From: an uncultured Selenomonas sp.
GTDB taxonomy: Bacteria > Bacillota > Negativicutes > Selenomonadales > Selenomonadaceae
Direction: 5' to 3'
Assembly: GCA_963521685.1 (NCBI GenBank)
Contig: CAUQVG010000002.1
Coordinates: 12,041-76,040, forward strand
DNA: 64,000 nt
Shown here: in pieces, positions 57,158-64,000 of the stretch
Layout: each line of letters begins with the position of its first letter
How positions within the stretch are numbered: position 1 is the first letter of the stretch
Translations under genes and position numbers: made by a program
Notes under the pieces: generated by a model
Told to the model about the DNA's origin: nothing
Database searches by the model: none
What the model saw: only the letters and a program-made list of their open reading frames with translations

Positions 57158-58420
57158 TCAGTAAATCTTATTGATTTCAAACCCGTTCATGGTGAGTGCC
57201 GCGACAATGCGGTCAATGTGATCCTGCCCGTGTGCCTCGACGGTAACGGTGAGCTGAACCTTCTGGAAGCTGTCGGTTACCATTGTCTGGTCGTGGTCGA
57301 GACGGATAACGTTCGCATCCTGCTCAGTTAGAATCTGAGCGACTGTGAGCAGCTGTCCGGGCTTATCGGGGAGCTGGACGGAGAAACGGAAAACACGTCC
57401 GCGCGAGATCAGCGCCTTTGAGATCAGCGCCGAAATGGTCGAGATGTCGATGTTGCCGCCGCTGATAAGCACAGCGACCTTCTTGTCCTTCATGCGCAGC
57501 TTGGTGAGCGCAGCGAGGGAGAGTACACCTGCCCCCTCGGCAATGAGCTTATGCTTCTCAATGAGAGACAGCAGAGCGCTCATGATATCCATCTCCGAGA
57601 CTGTAATGATCTCGTCAAGATAGCGGCGGCAGAACTCGAGCGTGAGCTTGCCCGCTGTGCGTACGGCGCAGCCGTCGGCAACCGTGTCGGCTGATGGGAG
57701 CGTGATCGTTCGTCCGCAGGAGAGAGCTGCCTTCATGCAGGCTGCGTTTTCCGGCTCAACACCGATGACCTTTACCTGCGGATTGACCAGTTTTGCGGCA
57801 AGTGCAATGCCGGAGGAAAGTCCGCCTCCGCCGATGGGGACGAGAATCGCATCGATATCCTTGAGCGCATCAATGACCTCAAGTGCAATGGTCCCCTGGC
57901 CGACAATGACGTCGCGGTCGTTGAACGGGTGGATATAGACATAGCCCTTTTCTTTCTGGAGCTCAAGACTGCGTGCGTAGGCATCGTCAAATCCGTTGCC
58001 GTGCAGAATGACTGTAGCACCAAGCGCACGCGTTGCCTCTACTTTGAGAATTGGAGTCGTGGCCGGCATGCAGATGACGGCACGCACACCCAGCTTCTGT
58101 GAGGCGTAGGCAACGCCCTGCGCGTGATTTCCTGCCGAGGCGGTGATGACGCCGCGGGTTTTTTCCTCCTCGGTGAGCAGACTGATGCGGTTGTATGCTC
58201 CGCGGAGCTTGAATGCGCCGGTCGTCTGGAGATTTTCGAGCTTCAAATATGTTGAGCAGCCGGAGATATCAGAGAAGAACTCGCTATATGTCAGCGGCGT
58301 CTTGCGTACAATGCCTTCCAGCCGTTTGGCTGCGGCATAGATATCAGAAATTCCTGTAGATGCAACGACTTCTTCATCTGTCTGCGTCGTCTGTTCCTCT
58401 CCCATTGCAATTGCCTCCAT
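57158..58420 (-). CDS. ilvA: Threonine ammonia-lyase with C-terminal ACT domain
   Basis: KLENLQTTGAFKLRGA, ASAGNHAQG, PIGGGGL, SGGNID, DKPGQL. Confidence 0.93.
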   Translation of the reverse strand: MEAIAMGEEQTTQTDEEVVASTGISDIYAAAKRLEGIVRKTPLTYSEFFSDISGCSTYLKLENLQTTGAFKLRGAYNRISLLTEEEKTRGVITASAGNHAQGVAYASQKLGVRAVICMPATTPILKVEATRALGATVILHGNGFDDAYARSLELQKEKGYVYIHPFNDRDVIVGQGTIALEVIDALKDIDAILVPIGGGGLSSGIALAAKLVNPQVKVIGVEPENAACMKAALSCGRTITLPSADTVADGCAVRTAGKLTLEFCRRYLDEIITVSEMDIMSALLSLIEKHKLIAEGAGVLSLAALTKLRMKDKKVAVLISGGNIDISTISALISKALISRGRVFRFSVQLPDKPGQLLTVAQILTEQDANVIRLDHDQTMVTDSFQKVQLTVTVEAHGQDHIDRIVAALTMNGFEINKIY

Positions 58421-58566
58421 TACTGCTTTAGTAGAGTCAGTCTATCATTTTCGAGGGAACACGTCAATTTATTTTCACGCGCGAGAAAAGTCCTTAGAAT
58501 AAAGAAGGAGTTTGACAGAATATCTCGAATAAATACAATAAATAAAGGCGGAATGGGAGGTGTGTC

Positions 58567-59013
58567 ATGGAACATTCCTCGAAATACGCGCGCATTCTTG
58601 CTCCCGTCGATGGGACAGAGGAGGCGCAGCGTGCCGTCCGCTTAGCGGGACAGCTTGCATCTGTATTGGCGTCAACACTCGACTTCCTCTATGTTTCGCC
58701 GTTTGATGCGTGCACCGATGAGGGCCGTGTTCCATGGCTCCCGGACAGCATCGTACGGCCGGCGGCAGAGGAGGCCCATGAGATCTTTGCCGCAGCAGCA
58801 GAACTGCTGCCGGACGGCATTACCTATACACCGCATCACCGCACCGGTGCGCCGGCAGATGAGATCCTGCGGTTCATTGATGAGACGGGCACCGGGCTTG
58901 TTGTTATCGGCGGACGGAAACACTCCCGTGTCAGCGGAATATTTCTTGGGAGTGTCACCCAGACGGTTTTGGAGCGTGCGCACTGCACTGTGATTGTTGC
59001 AGGAGGCGTCTGA
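58567..59013 (+). CDS. Universal stress protein
   Basis: ILAPVDG, GAPADEI, LGSVT. Confidence 0.88.
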   Translation: MEHSSKYARILAPVDGTEEAQRAVRLAGQLASVLASTLDFLYVSPFDACTDEGRVPWLPDSIVRPAAEEAHEIFAAAAELLPDGITYTPHHRTGAPADEILRFIDETGTGLVVIGGRKHSRVSGIFLGSVTQTVLERAHCTVIVAGGV

Positions 59014-59063
59014 CAGAGCTCATATGGTTCATGTTCTTTTAGAAAAGTGAGGGGGGAACTGCC

Positions 59064-59480
59064 ATGATTAAGAATATTTTGGTTCCGGTAGATGGCTCTG
59101 AGGGAGCCGATCGTGCGATTGAGCAGGCTGTGACGATTGCCCAGCTTTGCAATGCGAAGCTGAATTTCCTGTATGTCGCGAATATCAACCAGCTTGCCAT
59201 TAACGCCGTGCTGTCGGATGCGATTCTTGACTCGGTGACGAAGGCGGGGAATGTTATTCTCGATCGTGCACTGGAGATGGTACCTGCCGGGATTCAGAAG
59301 GAGTCGTTCTCCGATACGGGCTCGCCGGCGGTTGTAATTCTCGATTTTGCAGAGACGAATGACATTGATCTCATCGTCATGGGCAGCCGCGGGCTTGGCG
59401 TAGTCAAGGGGGTTCTGCTCGGCAGTGTCAGTCAATATGTTGTAGAGCAGTCGAAATGTCCGATTCTTGTGGTCAAATAA
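59064..59480 (+). CDS. Universal stress protein
   Basis: ILVPVDGS, DLIVMGSRG, LLGSVS. Confidence 0.93.
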   Translation: MIKNILVPVDGSEGADRAIEQAVTIAQLCNAKLNFLYVANINQLAINAVLSDAILDSVTKAGNVILDRALEMVPAGIQKESFSDTGSPAVVILDFAETNDIDLIVMGSRGLGVVKGVLLGSVSQYVVEQSKCPILVVK

Positions 59481-59572
59481 AATCTCATGGAATATGACAG
59501 AGCTGTTGCGGAGCGTTGCTTTCGCGGCAGCTCTTTCATGTGCATATTATAGTGAGGAAGGCAGATACTGCT

Positions 59573-60304
59573 ATGAATGATCGGCGTTTCGTGCGCACAG
59601 AAATGCTGCTGGGGCAGGAGGGGATGGTACGCCTTGCTGCTTCCTCTGTGGCAGTTTTCGGCATTGGCGGAGTCGGGTCCTATGCGGCAGAGGCGATGGC
59701 ACGGGCTGGGATCGGACGGATGACTCTCGTTGACCATGATACGATCGATGTGACGAACATCAACCGGCAGATTCATGCGCATACAGAGACGGTCGGAAGA
59801 CCTAAGACAGCGGTCATGGCCGAGCGGATTCAGCAGATCAATCCTTCCTGCACTGTTCGGGAACTGCGTACATTCTATCTGCCGGAGAACGCGGATGATT
59901 TCTTCCCGGAGCCCTACGACTATGTTCTGGATGCCATGGACACGGTGACCGCCAAGATTGACCTTGCTGTACAGTGCCGTATGCGCGGAATCCCCATGAT
60001 CGCGTGCATGGGAGCTGCAAATAAGATTGACCCGTCCCTGTTCGAGGTGATGGACATATACCAGACGAAGGGGGATCCCCTGGCGCGCATCCTGCGAAAA
60101 AAACTGAAGGAACGCGGCATACCGAAGCTAAAGGTCGTCTGCTCCCGCGAGCGTCCGCGCCTTCCGTCGGCAGCAGGACAAGGTGCTCCTGGGCGGCGTA
60201 GCGTGCCCGGCAGCGTATCCTTTGTTCCGCCTGTGGCTGGTCTCATCATGGCGGGAGCTGTTATTCGCGATCTTGTTCAGATTGTTCCGGAGGTATCATC
60301 ATGA
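59573..60304 (+). CDS. tcdA: tRNA threonylcarbamoyladenosine dehydratase (ThiF family)
   Basis: GIGGVGS, TNINRQ, DAMD, MGAANK, DPLAR, SFVPPVAG. Confidence 0.9.
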   Translation: MNDRRFVRTEMLLGQEGMVRLAASSVAVFGIGGVGSYAAEAMARAGIGRMTLVDHDTIDVTNINRQIHAHTETVGRPKTAVMAERIQQINPSCTVRELRTFYLPENADDFFPEPYDYVLDAMDTVTAKIDLAVQCRMRGIPMIACMGAANKIDPSLFEVMDIYQTKGDPLARILRKKLKERGIPKLKVVCSRERPRLPSAAGQGAPGRRSVPGSVSFVPPVAGLIMAGAVIRDLVQIVPEVSS

Positions 60305-61281
60305 GAATTACCGTACTGGGCTGCGGGCGCTGGGGCTCCTTTCATGCGTGGTATGCGCATCGTGTCGGTCATGAAGTGACGCTCTGGGGGCGTGCGGACT
60401 CTCGCCATCTGGCACAGCTGCGTGAGACGCGAACAAATGAGTTCCTGACACTGCCTGTGGAGATTCGTCTGAGTGATGATCTGGCAGAGGCAATCGGCAT
60501 GGCGGAGATCGTTATTATCTCTATCCATGCGCAGGCCCTGCGTTCCTTTCTATGCGATCTGCAAGCATCTGGATTGGGCGAGAAGCTTGCGCAGCGGTGT
60601 ATGATTCTCTGCATGAAGGGGCTGGAACTCGGCACGGGGAAGCGCCTCACGACGGTCGTTCATGAGGAACTCGGCACTGCGGTGCAGCCTGTCGTTTGGG
60701 TGGGGCCCGGCCATGTGCAGGACTTTGTGCGCGGCATTCCGAACTGCATGGTGCTCGCAGGAGAGAATAGAAATGTCCTGCACGAACTCGTGGATGCGCT
60801 CGGCAGCCCGCTCATCCGCTTCTACTACGGCGAAGACCTTCTCGGGACAGAGGTCGGTGCAGCGGCGAAGAACGTTGTGGGCCTTGCTGCGGGCATGCTC
60901 GATGGGCTCGACTACGGCAGCCTAAAGGGAGCTCTCATGGCTCGCGGCACACGAGAACTGGTTCGCCTCGTACGTGCCATGGGAGGGGATGGTGAGACCA
61001 TCTACGGGCTCTCGCATCTTGGTGACTATGAGGCGACGCTCTTCTCTCCGCACAGCAATAACCGCCGCTACGGAGAGGCAGTCGTGCGCGGCACAGCAGA
61101 CGATTTTCACAAGATCGCGGAGGGGGTCTATACGGCAGAGGCTTTGATGGCGCTCTCAAAAGAGTATCATGTCGATCTTCCTATCTCAGAGACCGTCTGC
61201 GAGATTGTCAGCCGGGGACGTGATCCGCGGGCACAGCTGACCCAGCTCTTCCTGCGTGCGACGAAGAGCGAGAAGGAGTAA
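60301..61281 (+). CDS. gpsA: NAD(P)H-dependent glycerol-3-phosphate dehydrogenase
   Basis: GCGRWG, KGLE, GP.H, AAKNV, GLSHLGD, AEG. Confidence 0.9.
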   Translation: MRITVLGCGRWGSFHAWYAHRVGHEVTLWGRADSRHLAQLRETRTNEFLTLPVEIRLSDDLAEAIGMAEIVIISIHAQALRSFLCDLQASGLGEKLAQRCMILCMKGLELGTGKRLTTVVHEELGTAVQPVVWVGPGHVQDFVRGIPNCMVLAGENRNVLHELVDALGSPLIRFYYGEDLLGTEVGAAAKNVVGLAAGMLDGLDYGSLKGALMARGTRELVRLVRAMGGDGETIYGLSHLGDYEATLFSPHSNNRRYGEAVVRGTADDFHKIAEGVYTAEALMALSKEYHVDLPISETVCEIVSRGRDPRAQLTQLFLRATKSEKE

Positions 61282-61287
61282 AGGCAT

Positions 61288-61686
61288 ATGAGCGAGCGAA
61301 AGCATATCGATGTTGTTGCGGGGGCAATCCTGCGTGGAGGCAAGGTGTTTGGCGCATGCCGTGCAAGCGGAGCCTATGCCGGGACATGGGAATTCGCGGG
61401 CGGGAAGGTTGAACTCGGCGAGACGGACGAGGAGGCGCTTGTGCGCGAGATTCGCGAGGAGCTCGGCATCGAGATTGCAGTGGAACGGCTGCTCGGAGTC
61501 GTCGATCATGACTATCCGGAGTACCACATGAATATGCGCCTCTACATATGCCGTCATATTTCTGGCGAGCCGCAGTTGTGCGTACACTCGGAGGGGCGCT
61601 GGATCGGACGGAGTGACCTTTATTCTGTTCCCTGGTTTGAGGCGGATATGGAACTCATTCGGAAGCTCGAAGCCGATCTGGCATGA
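61288..61686 (+). CDS. MutT/NudG-like Nudix hydrolase
   Basis: WEFAGGKVELGET.EEALVREIREELG Nudix box. Confidence 0.9.
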   Translation: MSERKHIDVVAGAILRGGKVFGACRASGAYAGTWEFAGGKVELGETDEEALVREIREELGIEIAVERLLGVVDHDYPEYHMNMRLYICRHISGEPQLCVHSEGRWIGRSDLYSVPWFEADMELIRKLEADLA

Positions 61687-61737
61687 CGTTGACAAGCCTC
61701 TCTTTCGGGTGTTATAATACCACACAGATTTCTTCCT

Positions 61738-61824
61738 GCCGAAGTGGCGGAATTGGCAGACGCAGCAGACTCAAAATCTGCCGTTGGCAACAACGTGCCG
61801 GTTCGACCCCGGCCTTCGGCACCA
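61738..61824 (+). tRNA. tRNA-Leu(CAA)
   Basis: GCCGAAG/CTTCGGC, loop CT-CAA-AA, long variable arm, CCA; TTGACA-17-TATAAT upstream. Confidence 0.97.
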
Positions 61825-61853
61825 CTGCAGATTATGCCCATGCGGCTCTGACG

Positions 61854-61891
61854 TCCCTAAGAGTGAAAGCGTAACTCTTAGGGATTTTTTT
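61854..61891 (+). terminator. Terminator after tRNA-Leu
   Basis: TCCCTAAGAGT...ACTCTTAGGGA followed by a T tract. Confidence 0.8.
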
Positions 61892-62014
61892 CACAATATC
61901 CGGGATATTTTCGCGCAGAGTATTTATTCCGCCTTCATGGGTTGACAGTGCCGGCGGAAGCGCGTATATTAAACAGCAATAATTTTACGGACGAAGCAGA
62001 AAGGAAGGTTTCCC

Positions 62015-63520
62015 TTGGCGCATTATTACACGGAGCCGTCGCACACATTTGGAGAGTATCTTCTCATTCCGGGCTACTCCTCAGCGGAGTGTTTCCCTGC
62101 GAATGTCACGCTGCGCACACCGCTGGTCAAGTTTCAGCGCGATGAGGAGCCCGCTCTCACGATGAATATCCCGCTGACCTCTGCGATCATGCAGGCAGTC
62201 TCAAATGATACGATGGCGATTGCACTTGCGAAGCAGGGCGGCATCTCGTTCATTTACGGCTCACAGTCCATCGAAGAGGAGGCTGCAATGGTCTCCCGCG
62301 TGAAGAACTACAAGTCCGGATTTGTCAGCAGCGATTCCAATATCAGCCCCGACACCACACTTGGCGGGGTTCTGGACCTCCTTGCGAAGACGGGCCATTC
62401 CACGATGGCAGTTACGGAAGACGGCAAGGCGAACGGAAAGCTTGTCGGAATCGTAACGAGCCGTGACTACCGTGTCTCGCGCATGTCGCTTGATAGGAAG
62501 GTCGGTACATTCATGACCCCGTTTGAAAAACTCATTTGGGCGGATGCCGACTCCACGACTCTTCCGCAGGCAAATGACCTCATCTGGGAGCACAAACTGA
62601 ACATGCTGCCGCTGATCGATAAGAACCAGCGACTCCGCTATATGGTATTCCGCAAGGATTACACCGACAACAAGGAGAATGAACTCGAGCTGACCGATGA
62701 CAACAAGAGTTACATTGTCGGTGCGGGCATCAACACGCGTGACTATGCGGAGCGCGTTCCTGCACTCATCAAGGCAGGCGTGGACGTACTCTGTATCGAC
62801 TCCTCGGAGGGGTTCTCTGAGTGGCAGCGCCTGACGATTCAGCATATCCGTGAACAGTATGGTGATACGATCAAGGTTGGTGCGGGCAACGTTGTTGACG
62901 GCGAGGGATTCCGCTTCCTTGCAAACGCAGGTGCGGACTTCATCAAGGTCGGTATTGGCGGAGGCTCCATCTGCATCACGCGCGAGACCAAGGGCATCGG
63001 GCGCGGACAGGCGACGGCGCTCATTGATGTCTGTGCTGAGCGCGACAGATACTTTAAGGAAACGGGTGTCTACATTCCGATCTGCTCGGACGGCGGCATT
63101 GTCTACGACTATCACATGACGCTCGCACTCGCGATGGGCGCGGACTTCCTGATGCTCGGGCGCTATTTCTCGCGGTTCGATGAGAGCCCGACGGACCGTG
63201 TTATGGTCAATGGTACTTACTATAAGGAGTACTGGGGCGAGGGGTCGAACCGCGCACGCAACTGGCAGCGCTATGATCTCGGCGGCAGCAAGAAACTGTC
63301 CTTCGAGGAAGGCGTTGATTCCTACGTTCCCTACGCGGGCCCCCTCAAGGACAACGTCGAGACAACCCTCTCCAAGATTCGTTCCACTATGTGCAACTGC
63401 GGCGCGCTCAGCCTGCCGGAGTTCCGTGAAAAGGCGAAACTGACGCTCGTCTCCTCAACCAGTATTGTTGAAGGCGGCGCGCACGACGTCATCCTGCGCG
63501 ACAAGCTCGGACGGGATTAA
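62015..63520 (+). CDS. guaB: IMP dehydrogenase
   Basis: SAIMQAV, CBS pair, [30 protein letters not shown] start after AAGGAAGG. Confidence 0.96.
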   Translation: MAHYYTEPSHTFGEYLLIPGYSSAECFPANVTLRTPLVKFQRDEEPALTMNIPLTSAIMQAVSNDTMAIALAKQGGISFIYGSQSIEEEAAMVSRVKNYKSGFVSSDSNISPDTTLGGVLDLLAKTGHSTMAVTEDGKANGKLVGIVTSRDYRVSRMSLDRKVGTFMTPFEKLIWADADSTTLPQANDLIWEHKLNMLPLIDKNQRLRYMVFRKDYTDNKENELELTDDNKSYIVGAGINTRDYAERVPALIKAGVDVLCIDSSEGFSEWQRLTIQHIREQYGDTIKVGAGNVVDGEGFRFLANAGADFIKVGIGGGSICITRETKGIGRGQATALIDVCAERDRYFKETGVYIPICSDGGIVYDYHMTLALAMGADFLMLGRYFSRFDESPTDRVMVNGTYYKEYWGEGSNRARNWQRYDLGGSKKLSFEEGVDSYVPYAGPLKDNVETTLSKIRSTMCNCGALSLPEFREKAKLTLVSSTSIVEGGAHDVILRDKLGRD

Positions 63521-63544
63521 GATGATCATATAGGCAAGCAAAAC

Positions 63545-63590
63545 GGGGCGTTGTACGAAGCTAAAAAAATTCGTACAACGCCCCTTCTTT
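63545..63590 (+). terminator. Terminator after guaB
   Basis: GGGGCGTTGTACGAA...TTCGTACAACGCCCC-TTCTTT. Confidence 0.8.
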
Positions 63591-63594
63591 GTGC

Positions 63595-63690
63595 GCCTTC
63601 CCCGTTTGACGGGGAAGGCTAAAGGTTTCTCTCTATTAGCTTCCCCGCGTTTACGGGGGAAGCGGCGAGCGCAGTGAGCCGATAGGAGGA
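63595..63690. repeat. Pair of REP-like GC-rich palindromes
   Basis: GCCTTCCCCGT-TTG-ACGGGGAAGGC (63595-63619) and GCTTCCCCGCGTTTACGGGGGAAGC (63639-63663). Confidence 0.55.
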
Positions 63691-63730
63691 GTGTGCAACA
63701 GTCTCCGTTGCTGCATTAGACTGGTAAATC

Positions 63731-64000
63731 TTATGCCTTTTGCATAAAGGCGTGGTAGGTGCGCTCCATCTCCTTGCGTGTTTTTGTGGCGGGCCAGAGT
63801 TCGCCGAGTGCGCCCTCGCGCATCCCGGCGGCAAGATGGTTGTAGAGGTTCGGATTGTCGGCGCCGAGGCGTTCGATGAGTTCCTTGACGGTCTGGCGTA
63901 TGGTGTTTCCGTTGTGCGGACAGGGCGAGGGGAGGGGCGTGCAGCCATGATATGCGATGGCGTCGATAATCTCCTGTTCGCGGAAATAGACAAGGGGACG
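63731..64000 (-). CDS. ttcA: TtcA-family tRNA 2-thiocytidine biosynthesis protein, C-terminal part (5' end outside window)
   Basis: Open minus frame RPLVYFREQEI...PCP..G.T.RQTVKELI..L ending in TAA at 63731; not the frame listed in the ORF track. Confidence 0.75.
   Translation of the reverse strand, partial: RPLVYFREQEIIDAIAYHGCTPLPSPCPHNGNTIRQTVKELIERLGADNPNLYNHLAAGMREGALGELWPATKTRKEMERTYHAFMQKA

Noticed and set aside
59014..59036. Imperfect palindrome between the two usp genes as an ArsR operator
   Set aside because: Too degenerate and not overlapping a recognisable promoter.
61892..62014. Purine riboswitch upstream of guaB
   Set aside because: TTGACA-17-TATATT lies only ~45 nt before the start codon and there is no aptamer consensus.
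63619..63993. 124-aa minus-strand ORF listed in the track
   Set aside because: A different minus frame (63731-64000) gives a TtcA-like sequence.

Overview
A 64-kb, GC-rich chromosomal segment from a diderm Firmicute (Negativicutes, very probably Selenomonas or a close relative). This assignment is inferred from Firmicute-type gene order (cysE-cysS-mrnC-thyX-rlmB-yacP; fapR-plsX-fab) together with outer-membrane machinery (ExbBD, lipoprotein RND adaptor). Most of the window is core: prs, cys/translation genes, Trk K+ uptake, rpsF-ssb-rpsR, a complete citrate lyase cluster with LysR regulator and CitMHS transporter, rsmD-coaD-yceD-rpmF, the FapR fatty-acid cluster ending in rnc, an RND pump, azlCD, tag, a umuC/yolD-like cassette, rfbB, ilvA, two USPs, tcdA-gpsA-mutT, guaB, partial ttcA, and five canonical tRNAs. 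No CRISPR array, prophage or intact transposase was seen. The most unusual items are: (i) a tRNA-Pro body carrying a Leu (CAG) anticodon, with structural lesions but an intact promoter and terminator; (ii) an 890-aa non-canonical Hsp70-fold ATPase apparently co-transcribed with a ComFB-family protein, downstream of tRNA-Arg; (iii) a 167-bp TA-flanked MITE that has rewritten the coaD C-terminus, plus a decayed second copy; (iv) a promoter-proximal terminator in front of cysE with no T-box; (v) a FabX-like Fe-S FabK paralogue with a structured leader; and (vi) a collapsed IS3-family remnant and a deleted-operon scar. All calls are by eye from sequence motifs; no database searches were run.
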